A stretch of DNA of 64,000 nucleotides from Amoeboaphelidium protococcarum X5. Lineage: Eukaryota; Fungi; Aphelidiomycota. The translations under genes and the position numbers were made by a program. The DNA lies in assembly GCA_023515725.1 (NCBI GenBank), contig JALDTO010000246.1, forward strand, positions 62,001 through 126,000, given 5' to 3'. This document shows positions 1 to 12,059 of the stretch, piece after piece. The notes under the pieces were generated by a model that was given only the letters and a program-made list of their open reading frames with translations, did not search any database and had not been told where the DNA came from. Every line of letters starts with the position of its first letter. Positions within the stretch are counted from its first letter, which is position 1.

Positions 1-905
1 CAAAACAGTACAAGTCTGTATAAATAAGTTTACCGGATAAAAGAGACCAACGATTAGAAGCCTTGTACTCCAGCAACAATAGTCCAGCAACAAGAGGAAC
101 AGCAGCATTGGAAAACATCAGAGAGCTACCAACCTTGTATAAAAGCCTTGTAACCAGATGTCATCGAGTAGCAGCATGAGAGTAGAAAGGAATCAAAGTA
201 AGCCTTGAGAGAGCAGAGAGATTGAGGGAAGCTTTGAGGCGGCAGAGAGCAGGAGAGCCACCACCGAGGCACAGCATGCATCACACCAAACCAAACCAAA
301 TTAGAGAGGATCGCAGTAGATAGAAGGACTTACCCAAGCAATGCACAGGAACCATACAGATGGATGTGTACCAAACTCTAAGGCAGTAGCAGACTTGAGA
401 CCAACCAGAGCAGGACAGTAAGCGGATCGTTTCACGTAGAGAGGCCGAGAGACAGCAGAACCACCAGCGAGCGATGAGCAAAGGATACCGAGACCTCCAT
501 CGAGTAGCATAAGTATCGCAGATAGGATGCACAGCGAGATATCAACCATGGGAAAATGTTCTTGGATGAAGAGTGATAATAAAAGTGAAGAAGAGAGTGA
601 GAGTGGGATTGTTTGATTGTGGGATATGGTGCGATGGTTTCAGATCTGAAACGGGGCTTGAGTGAAACGACCACCATCAAATGGCAACTTGGTCAGTTCT
701 TGATCAATTTCTTTGGGAATAAGCCCATCTACCGTTTCAAAAAACGATCTCTCGATTGGTACTAATATCGATGGTACTCCAGAATGAGTGTTGAGTTGGA
801 GCATGCTTCGTGAGTGTGAGTGGTCGTCCCGATTGGGAATTACGCGCGCGCGCTCGTCGCTGAAACGGGCCGACCGGGTCCAGACAATGAGTTCGAAAGT
901 CCAAC
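1..905 (-). mobile_element. Partial copy (runs off window start) of a decayed CRE-like non-LTR retroelement; inverted near-identical copy of ~35345-36246
   Basis: Reverse complement matches 35345-36246 almost base for base (position 1 = 36246). Encodes ILMLLDGGLGILCSSLAGGSA, resembling the RT-thumb 'LP...GGLGI' motif of RLE-type non-LTR elements. Frames are broken. Confidence 0.7.
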
Positions 906-1391
906 AATGGACAACACAGACTGTAGGCGTAAAGCATCAGCATAGACTAGAGAATCAAATATTTAGATCTTCATGTTGCTAAAATTATTAATAATCAGCT
1001 TTAGATAGGTTATATATAAAAAGGAGCAATAAAGCTAGTCTTTTGGTTCAACTTGTTGGTTGTGTTTTATACCATTCGAACGGAATTTCTTTTGCCCAAG
1101 TCTATGCACAGTTAAGTTTTGTCAAAGCATATGATTAGCTTGATCCTAAATCTGGCCATACAAAATAGCTGTTATATAGTACGCCATTAGAATCGACAAG
1201 AATCATTCGCAAGTACAGAATGCGCGTTGAATTCAGTCGGTAAAAGATTACTATTTAAGCCATGTAAACCTCGCGTCGATGAACTTTTGAATTCACTGGA
1301 ATTTCAGTATTCGCTCTCTTTCTCTCCTATCACACAGCATTTTTCATTTAATAAGTGAATAATTAATCATTGACAGTAAGTAGAGAATATC

Positions 1392-2150
1392 ATGTTTAGA
1401 AACTCTGCGGAAGCATCAACTAATAGCAATATAATGCTAGTATAACGAGAAATGTTCAATAGAAATAGCGCCATGACTTGTCCAAGTAAGAGGTTCGATT
1501 AGATTAGAAAGATGAATTAGGATATAATCTTAAAAGATTCTACAGCAAAGTAAAAGCCATCTTAATCCAAGTCAGCGTCGGAGAAGTATGCCGCTGATGC
1601 AAGTGCTACTCAAGAAATCACCAAGAAATCTTCAGGATCGGCTAAGAAGAAAGGTATGCCAGTCATTCTGCTGCCCAACTCTACCACATGTCTGATTAAT
1701 CTGGACAATTGTAAAAAATTGCTGGAAGATTTCTAGTTTGTGTCACCATAATTGTAGAACTAGAGCACTGCTGGTAGAAATCAAGATTCTTAAGTCAAAA
1801 TTAAGCATAATGATATTTAGTTCTTAGTTACTGATGATGCGTAGTACGTGAAGGATAACAATCTCTGGCCGTGTGTCGTGGCTGTCTTTACCACTGGATA
1901 AAGCTGGCAGTTTAAAGATTATTTGTACAAGGACCCCACTTCGCTGTTCAGTAATGTATAAGGTTTCCATCTAAAGTATGCAGATCCGTCATTGAATGCA
2001 CAGGTTAAGAACGATGTCTATAAGTGGAATGTACATATCATGGAGATATCTAGGCACAAGAGGCATCTAGATTCCACCTGCGTCTTGCGCTTTTGGAACA
2101 TTCTCGATCAATTTATTCGCGTCAAGAAGCCTGAACTTGTTTAACAGTGA
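1392..2150 (+). CDS. CDC73: Cdc73/parafibromin (Paf1 complex), essentially the C-terminal Ras-like domain, 252 aa
   Basis: Table-6 ORF ATG1392-TGA2150; PVILLPNSTTCLINLDNCKKLLED...WPCVVAVFTTGQSWQFKDY...KWNVHIMEISRHKRHLD. Confidence 0.85.
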
Positions 2151-2427
2151 TTCTCATTTATGAAAGTTTCCAACTTAAACATGGCGTCTCCATTTTTGTT
2201 TCCATCGCGATTATTAACTGCCAAATCGCATTGAGCGTGTTTGAGATTCTTTTATCAGAACATGGGCTCTATATGCAATGCTTTCGGGCTTACTCTCTCT
2301 CTCTCTTTTTTTTCGCGTTCCATAACTGTTCAGTTTCCATCAAGGGTCCTTCTGTGTGCGTGCACTCTTTCACCTTTAAAATCTCTTACTGCATTTAATA
2401 GTATCAAGAGATAATTACAGTATTAGT

Positions 2428-5400
2428 ATGGTTGAGAACATGATTGAAGATGAACGTTTAACAAGATCAAATGGGGCCAGGAATGATAATTTTCAAGATG
2501 ATTTAAATCGAGTATAGTCTGCGGAAGATGGTCTCTATTTGGATTCTTTAATCTCTGCAGATTACAATGACAAGGATGTCAAGATTGACAGGAATTACAA
2601 GACACTTTTATACGCCAAAAGAGTTTGGGATAGTCAACACGTTAGATTTATCCATCCTGTTCCTAATGGTGACGCTGCTCAAGTTGGTGAAAGCTACTTT
2701 TTGATTCTCTAAGGCGACGTGTTGAGATTAATATCGTTTGAGGCGGACTACTATGATTATCGTATTGTGGCAGAGTATGAAGTACTTACTGAAGTATTGG
2801 ACGTTATGGTACATAGTTCCGATGACTCCTCTTAAGAAGAGACTGGTGAAAAATTTGTGTTCTCTATTCAAGTTCTGGATAAGCGTTAGCGACTTTTACA
2901 TCTAAAGTTGACTAAAGCGTTAACGTTCTCTTTAGTGCATACAGTTGATCTCACATTATCATCTTAAACGTCCACTGGCCAGCTGGAGCATAAAAAGTAT
3001 GCCAAACTCATTCGAGCTCAATCTCTGATGGAATACACTGGGTGCTATGCGTACTGTGATAATTTGACTTTTCTGAACTGTGATGGATCTTAGAGTTTGG
3101 CGGTAATTGGCGGCTCTCCACAGGTAAATGATTCTCATTAATAGAAGATTGACTTATAGAGACATGTTGTATGGAATGCGGTAATGATGAAATCTTTGGC
3201 TGGTTCGTAGTATTCTATAGTGTTGAGTTACCAGCATGAGAGAGGCTTCTTCATATCGGTAATCAATGTGGCTGCGAATCAAGTTGAAAAGTCAATCAAT
3301 TTACCAAAGATTAGTAGTGAATCGTCATCAGGTGATATATACCCTCTATCAATGTCTACGCTGACTTAGTGTCCTGAATCCATCCTGATTGTGCGGTAGG
3401 ACCATTTTGTTATTCTAAAGCTCAGTCAACTGCTCAATGGCAATGTAAACTACAAGAAGATTAATCCATTTGGAGATTAGGATGACTTTATAAGTTGCGT
3501 ATCAGACACTATTAGCACCGAGTAAGATCAAGATGTATTTGCATTTGTCTGTCAGAGGAGCAAGAAACTTGTTAAAGTGGAGATCAATGAAGATCTCTCA
3601 ATGGAAATGTATCAAGTTGGAGTATTGTCTCATCTACCAGATGGAGTCACACTCTTGTCTGACAGATTGATCATTGTTAGTGATGTTGTTAGTGATAGTA
3701 CTCTGTACCGACTCAATGATGTTGATGATAGACTAGTGGAGATGTATAAGTTTATGAACATTAGCGGTGTGGTGGATTATTACTTAGAAAGACCACAGCG
3801 TAATATCTCTTTGTCGTCATCGCCAGTGTCATCGAGTCTTTATCTATAGATGTAAAATGGATCTAGAATGCAAATTACAAAGAGGTAATTTACATTGTGC
3901 AAGTAGCGCGATTAATATAATGTGTACTAATATGAGAATGTTGTGCCTGTGCGAGTAATGTCAACTTCTGGTGGTGATGATTTTATCGGAGTGTCTGATA
4001 TTTGGAATGTCTTTGGTGGCGCGTTCTTGGCGTTGAGGCTGTAATCTTACACTTACCTCTTCAAGGCTTCATAATCTCTGACATAGAGTGGTGGTGGTGG
4101 CGGCCACGAATTGGAAAGTTTCGAACAGTTTGGAGATTTTTGCAGTGAAGTAGAGTCTGTATTGTGGTACACGATTGATGATAAACTATGTGTGCATGTT
4201 AATCTCCAAGGCGTAGTTTTATACGATTCACAACTGAATAAAGTTCATTGCTTTGAGTATAAGGATAGAATTCGTTTGGCATCCGCTGATGGAGCATCGC
4301 TTATCTTGTACTTTGATTACTTTATTGTATGGCTCGAGGTTGACTTAAACAGTAGGCAGTTGCATGTCATGACGGAATATCCTATTTCTTTTGCTGCGTC
4401 CTGTATATGCCTCTCTAGCTCGGAACCTAAAGATGGACAATTTAAGGCCTTGTTTGTGGGAGGATATGACGGATCTTTAAAGTCTTTTCTTCTACATAAA
4501 TCCATGAAATTTATTGAGGATAGTGGAGCTTTAGCGTTTGAAGAAGACCAGATGAAGATTATGGATCGTCATGGCGGCCAGGCCGATGCTATAGAATCCA
4601 TAGCGTTGGGGTAGGGTGAAGATATGCCATTCAACACTACTCTGTAATCATTTACTATGAACGTCTACATTGGTACGAGGATGGGAAAGATAATCGTCTC
4701 TGAATGGAATCACATGGCCACTCTTGGTTGTCTCTGGCGGTGTGAAAAAGTAAGAATTGCTGGTCTTAATATGCCTGTTAGGTGCATCAGTATACAGGGC
4801 GAGATATTTTGCGCTTGCGGACAGTAGACATTCAAGTTGGTCTACATGAATTTCAAATATCTATTTGTGTAGCTATCTGATAGTTTCAAGCTTGCAACGT
4901 CGTGGTCGGACAAGACTGCTTATATGATCTCTCCTGATGGCGCTCTTGTTTACGGAAGTCTAAGCTCAGTCAAGTTGAAAGTGGTAAAGAGAGTCTTTTA
5001 ATGTCCAGCTGACAATACCCATGTACAGTATATTCATTCTAATGGAGATTTGTTGATTGTCAGGAAGGTGGATAGTGGTTAAGTGTAGATGTCTATAAGT
5101 CCACTAAGAACAATTAATGATTGGAGTCCTGCATTTCAAAATCTCGATGTTGGCGCCAGTTTCTAGTTTAAGGCATGTGTTCCCTTTACTTGTGCTGACT
5201 AGAGTTAATACATGGTAATCTTTGTCTAAAGTAGTGGCGACTAGATGCATCCGGATGCTCAAGGTAATAATGGCTTGGCATTGAGAAAATGCAATTATAG
5301 AACATTTCTTGTGCTTCAAGACGGTACTATAGTAGGCGATAAACAAGTAGAGCTGTCTGAACATGCTGGCAATTTGGTTTAAGTTACACATTTTAGGGAT

Positions 5401-6222
5401 GATCTATATGCATTTGCATATGATGATAATGTTGTCATTATTGACAAGTACTTGGCATTTAGTTCAGAATATCAATCGCCTGCTCAATTTATAGGCAGAA
5501 TGATCACTTTTGCTACAATCTCATTAAACTGCAAGATCAAGACCATCTAACATTGGAAAGATGATTATCTCTGCGTTGGTTGCGAAGAAGAAGAAGGGCT
5601 TAATATACTTCAATTTAAATAACTACAGTCGTCACAATAAGGTACTGGGCCGGATATTTTACATATGGGACACCTAGAGTTTTGTGCCTCAGAGAATCTA
5701 TGCGCCAATGTCGATGATTTAGTCTAGTATGAGACTGGTGACTTTATTGTGATTGATAAATGCTCGCCTTAGTTCAGATCGGTATCTGAGTATTATCCAA
5801 ATGTAAGCTCTCAAAACCTGCGGTCCGGAAAGATAAAGTTCATGCTTGGCGGACTTCCTGTATCAATCAGACGGGATCCATACGATTGCAAGAATTTCTA
5901 TATAGTCACACTCACAGGAGCTATTTACAAAGTGGTTGTAGTGGGTGGCACCGTATTTGATTATGTGGCAAGTGGAATCGATTAGGGGCTGCAGCTTGGT
6001 CATGTGGCTACTACCAAAAAGAGTCGCGCATGTAATAAGATGGTATTGAATGGGTAGTCTATTTCGATATTCGTGAATATGAATTCTCAAGATGCTGAAT
6101 CCTTAATGATGAGACACTTTGGGGATGATCCATTCAAGGATGCAGTACATTAATACTCTCAAGTTTATAGTTTTAAGATGCGATAATCGTTACAGAGCTG
6201 CCAACTAAGAACTCTCTTTTGA
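2428..6222 (+). CDS. Large beta-propeller protein, Mms1/DDB1/CPSF-A-like (1264 aa)
   Basis: Single table-6 ORF joining track fragments 3577 and 4111 in the same frame. Repeated beta-strand blades (ALFVGGYDGSLKSF, VYIGTRMGKIIV, YLCVGCEEE). Family assignment is by size and motif resemblance only. Confidence 0.6.
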
Positions 6223-6362
6223 ATAACCAGTGTAAAGTTCATAGTATATGAAATTGTATTCAATTGAAAAAGAATAAACTAAAGGTCCTCCAACAACTCA
6301 TGATCATAAATAATGCAGTCAGAAATCATATATTTTAAACATATTATCAATCTACCGAATAT

Positions 6363-6620
6363 TCAGCAACTAATAGCCTGCTAGTATTATAAACCATCAT
6401 TCTTCTCATCCTTCCCCTCCTATTACTCAAAATCTTCTGGGTCAAATATGACGCGAATGATCAGTGAACACGATGGACACCGAGCGATATCATCACCTTC
6501 AATCAACTCCTACTTGGATATCTAGAACAGATCACCACATGGGCACGGATAGGTGTAAATCTCAGTCTCTTCATCAAACTGGAAATCTTCAATCTCAATC
6601 TCATCATAAAACGATGTCAT
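6363..6620 (-). CDS. DPH3: Diphthamide biosynthesis protein 3 (CSL zinc finger)
   Basis: [35 protein letters not shown]...[15 protein letters not shown]; 85 aa with TAR=Q. Confidence 0.95.
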
Positions 6621-7023
6621 CTTTATTATATATATTGGGCAGTAATAAGCCGGGATTTTATGACTGCTGCGATCTACTAAAATCAATGCCGATAGTAGTA
6701 TCACTGCGAATAAAAAAAAGAAAAAGATTATCCGGTCTTTGATCGAGTTACGGACGACGCGACAAGTAGATCGTTGGGATAAAGTACTTCCCTATTTAGT
6801 AGATATCCGCCCGAGCTTATATTTAAAGAGAGTTATGATCTATAAGTAATTGCTCATTCGGACCTTTTAAAGTCATAACATCAGAACGCGATTGACACTT
6901 CCAAATCGCTGCGCCTTAAAGCTGCCTCGAAGACAATCTTCGTCTTTCTCTCCTCTTATCCACGCAAAGCCGTAACTTTTATAACACGCTACTACACCTT
7001 AGGTAAATTCACTAAGCAGAGAG

Positions 7024-8298
7024 ATGACTCAAGACGCTACTTTAATTGGAAAAGTACTGCAAATGATATCCGCCATTTCTGGCAAAAATGTCAACGCTGA
7101 ACAAGATATTAAAGTGGATGAAAAGTGTACATTGACTGATCCAATCGCCAAGATGCAATACCTACTGGCTGGCACCGCGAACGAGACTCTACTTGGTACT
7201 AACAATGGTGATCGCGCGGGTGTTCATCAGTGGATCAACTATTCGCTGTCTACTATTGCTGAGGCTGCTGCGAATAATGATGTTGGTGCTCAGAAGCAGT
7301 GGTCAACCTTTGTGAATGAGTGGCTGTAGTTCCGCACTTTCATGGTATCTAATCACGTCACGCTTAGTGACTTTGTTGTCTATGTCTACGCGCATGCCTA
7401 CTTGGTCAAGACTACTGATAAGCGCCGCGTTGAAATTTGCAATTTGGTTAGATGGTTCGATTTGATCCAGAATTAACAGTGGAGTCGCTAGTACTTACAG
7501 TTGCCTTTGATAGAGTTTAACTTGGTGGCTGCCACTGCTCCTACTGTTGATAGCAGTAAAGAGAAATAGCAAAAGACTAGCGATGGTGTCAAGCAGGCTA
7601 AAAAGTCTGATGGTTCCCCTGGTAAGACTGTCACCGCTCCCAATGGAAATGATAAACAAGCAGCGGCTGATGGTGGTAAGAAGCAGAAGTAAAAGGAGAA
7701 GAAAGAGAAGAAGCCAGCTGCTTCCACAGCATCAGATGAAGTTCCTGCTTGGAATCCAGCCAGATTAAAGATGTTGGTCGGCAAGATTGTAGAGGTGAAA
7801 TAACACGAGAATGCTGATTCGCTCTACGTTGAGTAGATAGATGTTAGTGAAGCACAGCCGCGCACCATTGTCTCTGGTCTGGTGAAGCACGTTCCCCTGG
7901 CTGAGATGCAGGATCGGCTGGTAGTGATATTGGCTAATCTGAAGCCGGCGTCGATGCGCGGTGTTAAGAGCGAAGGTATGGTGTTGTGTGCCACAGGTAG
8001 TGACGGCAAGGTTGAATTGTTGAATCCGCCTGCTGGTAGCACGCCTGGAGATGTGTGCTACTTTGAAGGATTTCATCGTGATGAGTGGCAGAGCGATGCA
8101 GTCCTTAACCCGAAGAAGAAGGTTTGGGAGACTATTCAACCGGCTCTATTTACTGATGATCAGTGCGACGCTTGTTATAAGGTGCCTGATGACGCCAAGT
8201 CATAGGTGCCAGAGTTGGCCTCAGTTTCTGCCTCTAAATTGATGACCAAGAAGGGAGTTGTGCGCGCTTCCACTGTCACTAAAGGCACCATAAAATGA
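7024..8298 (+). CDS. ARC1: tRNA-aminoacylation cofactor Arc1/AIMP1-like (GST-like N-term, Lys-rich linker, tRNA-binding OB fold)
   Basis: VHQWINYS...RWFDLIQ; VGKIVEVKQHENADSLYVEQIDV...RTIVSGLVKHVP...ANLKPASMRGVKSEGMVLCA...LNPKKKVWE. Confidence 0.9.
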
Positions 8299-8515
8299 TA
8301 ATATATTGCGCTTTGATAAAATTCAATCCGAATTATATATTTTTGATTTGCCCCATTATTTATTCGCAATACCTTTTGGATGCTTTACTTTAATCGCAGT
8401 GTTAGGCTCTCCAGCTTTCGGCCGAGCGTGTGATCTTCCTTCTTCCTTGTTATTTTTAGTGTTATTTTAACGAGATAAAGCAAATTAACATAAGAAGGTA
8501 TTTTTTCAGTTAGGT

Positions 8516-10543
8516 ATGGAATATAACTTCGCTGGAGTCGCTGTGCTGTGGACATTGCTTGGACTTGTGGTATTAGGGATAGTATGGTACTATGCGGATA
8601 GGAGAACTGAGTGGTTTGTCTATGTGTCCACCTTTATCGGATGGCTGTTTCCATTCAGCACCGTCCTTTTACTACCTGTAGATCTCACTAGCACCATGTA
8701 TAATCATTGTTAATACGGCGATACTAACAGAACGACTGATGCTATTAATGTTACCTTTTTTTAGGGCAATTAATCTACGGCGCAGTGCCAGAAACCTGTC
8801 CTCTATGTATCTGATGACTTTCTGTGGGCAGCGTGGCGGTCCATCTACTGGACCATGTTCCTGCTCACCTTTATCATTGTGCCGCTGATACAGGCCTTTT
8901 GTGACTCTGGATACTTTTCAGCGTATGAGCGATTCAAGAAGGCTGTGCGTGTTAATGTCATTTATTATGTAGTCATTGGCGGCCTGGGAATTGTGGGAAT
9001 TATCATTCTATGGACCACGGGTGGAATTAATGATCCAAATGCCCTGCTTAATCTAGCAATGACTGCAGCGAATCTATTCGGTCTCTCCCTAGTCATTCTC
9101 CTCCTATCCAATGGACTCATAGAAGTACCTAAATCGCTATGGCATAGTGCGAATAGAGCGCGAATGCTGCGATATATGGAGTTTTAAGCACCAAAGATTA
9201 AAGATTAGCTGAATGATGCTCAAGTTGAATATAACGATCTGCTTAAAGAGATTAAAGCGATTGCGGCAAAGACTAGATTTCATGATGATAACAGAAAGTA
9301 TGTAGACGTGGTAATGTCCTAGGTGGAAACTGATGCTGCCATAGAGTCTTCCTTTGTTAATAATAATAATAATAATAAAAATAGCGATCCAAGTGATAGT
9401 TAGCATTAATACGGAGGTAACGATGATTAGCATTCATTGGGGAGTCCATTAGAGGTTAGTACCACGGATATGGTCACTTTGGCGCGGCTGAATAAAGAAA
9501 TAAAGCGAGCCAGGAGGGAGAAGGAGCGCTGTGAGTATGAATGGAATGAGTTGTGCGAGTAGGCGTTCTTCCTATAGGATATTCTGGGTGGCCGCATCCA
9601 TCCCAATAGTCGATGGCGACTACCTGCGTCTGCTCCAGTTGCTCTGAATCAATTCTCGTAAAAGTTGTAATACTTTTGGTATTGTATAGTCTCGTCGTAT
9701 GTTCTTAGACTCGCCGCTCTGGTATTTGGTGCAGTGTCATTGATCATTGTATGGAGTGAGTTGGTGTACGTTGTGCCTAACATCGTGCTTAGTATCGTTG
9801 GTCTTATATTCAACAATGCTGGTGTATCCTATGCTACTGTCGAGTGGTTCTCTTGCATATTCATGCTGTATATGCTGGCATGTTGTATCTATTCCCTTTT
9901 CAAGGTGAAGATTTTCAATATGTACGCCCTGCATCCCAACCATCATTCGAGTGATGTCAGTCTGTGCTGGTTCACTAGTCAGATGTGTAGAATCACGTTC
10001 CCGCTCTGTTACAACTTTATGGCAATGGCGATAGGAAGTGATTAAGACACGCTATTCTATGGCAGGTAGCCGATATTTAGTCAGCTGATGGGCAAGATGA
10101 AGTTGGAAGGCTTGCAGTTCTATGTTCCCATCTTGGTGTCTGTGGTCACTGTACTGAACTTGTTTAATGTTATCGGACGATTGGCCAAGTGTTTTGGCTT
10201 TTCTGATGATCTATTCTCCACCGCGGATAATAATAGTTCAGATGGTAGTGGTAGTGATTCTTGGGGTGATGTTGAAGATGGTCGTATTCTATTAGCAGAT
10301 GCTAGAGCCAAGATGGAGCGATCTGGTTCAAGGTCAGCGCTGAATGATATCACGATATCTCCCTCTGGTGGTCAGGATAGGTAGCGACTATTAAATAAGA
10401 ACGGAGATAAGTAGACTAATAATTCTGCATTCACCGAGAGTAGATTGCAAGTTGGCGGTGGTAGTAGGAGGAATCCTGATGCACCATTATCCGAATACAA
10501 GGCTAATAATCCAATCTATCAAAAGTATTTGAATAAAAAGTGA
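8516..10543 (+). CDS. LMBR1-family multi-pass membrane protein (LMBRD2-like), 675 aa
   Basis: GWLFPFSTVLLLPVDL, IYWTMFLLTFIIVPLIQAFCDSG, LSNGLIEVPKSLW, CRITFPLCYNF; all track fragments are in one frame. Confidence 0.88.
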
Positions 10544-10655
10544 CCCATATTAGATAAAATATGTACTTATTAACACTCCTATTGGTTGAATTTGCGACAT
10601 GGTTTATTAGCCATATTTAACACGTATTGTAGAATTTAATTCAATGAATATAAAG

Positions 10656-11825
10656 TCACTTTTATAGTTCCTCTTGAGTGATGATAATATCAAATTCATC
10701 TTCCCGCTCTTCATATTCTATATTAGTCTCGAGCTCTTTGAAATGTGGAGCGAATGCACTCCAATTCTGAGTCTATGGCTTTGACCAGATGTAAACATGA
10801 CCTTTCTATGACACTGAGGCAATGATGGGCAGTGTGGGATGCCAACTCAGCGATTGCACCGAATCCTTAGGCCCTTCCAGAATCTTCACGATATTCCCAT
10901 TGGCTCTATCCCAGCAGTAGAGATTATGATTCTAATTGGCACCCGTCACGATGTACTCCATATCATTAGAAAATTGGGCTGAAGTCCACTACAGCTTATT
11001 AACCAAATCTTACAGCTTGAGCACAGGCCGCAGCGTCACCTCATCACCGGCAATTTCAAACAATCTGAGCGCTCTATCATTAGATATTACTGACAAGTAT
11101 TTACCATCTCTTGATACCAATAATTGTCTGGCGACTGATGAACTAATCTAAGAAGTGTTGATCAGTTCTAACGATGATCCATCAATTATAGATAAGTTGC
11201 CTTTCCCATGACAATACACAATTTACTAACCGTTACGAATAAATACGGCACGTCCACCATCAGGCGATTTCTAATTAGCCTATTCTGATTAGATTTAAAC
11301 TGTTATCATTCGACACGACATCACTTGGTACTTACCATCTCGGTATTGGAGATGCATTATTTGAGGAGATGAGTGATCATAAGACATTAGAATCTAATTG
11401 CTGAGTTATGGATGACCTTGACATTACAGTATGGAGCAATTAAGAGGAATCTTGAATATTTAATCTCCACTGTCCACATCCCAGCAGATGAGCGACCAAT
11501 CCTGACTGCATGTTAAAAGTCTTTCATGATCTCCCCCTCTAAATCCACTATCAGTATCATTAGTATTCCCAGCATGAAACTCATCACCATCGCTAGACAT
11601 GTAAATCCACTCAAGACTAGTGATAGCGCGTATATGCCCAACCATGCAGCGGACTGTCCTCTTCAAGTAGAAATCAATTAACAATACTCTTCCATCAGAA
11701 CATCCGGCAGCCAGGTAATCACCGTCGAAATTAAACTTCACCATACACACTGAGCCATCTTCTATTACATTCTCAATCGCTTCAGGATAATCCAGGTCAA
11801 AAGGATTCAACAATGGCAAATTCAT
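10656..11825 (-). CDS. SWD1: COMPASS WD40 subunit Swd1/RBBP5
   Basis: MNLPLLNPFDLDYPE...YLAAGCSDGRV...IVKILEGP...WHPTLPIIASV...NWSAFAPHFKELETNIEYEEREDEFD. Confidence 0.92.
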
Positions 11826-12059
11826 ACTAATATTATATAGATATATGGATATTGCTCAAGATGATGTTAATAAATGATCAAGATTTATCGACTCTAACAC
11901 GGTTGTTATTTTAGAACGTTGAAGAAGTTGACGCGCGTTTTAACACAGCCTTTTGGCTGAAAGATTTTAATGTGAAGATGATTTTAACATCATCTCAAAA
12001 CTATATGTATAAAACATAACATTATGCCAGATATTAGAATCAATCAATTACTTGAAGGT

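Noticed and set aside
840-890. Hammerhead/HDV ribozyme at the element end (GAAAC...GTC)
   Set aside because: No CUGANGA core or convincing nested pseudoknot by eye; left only as a suggested test.
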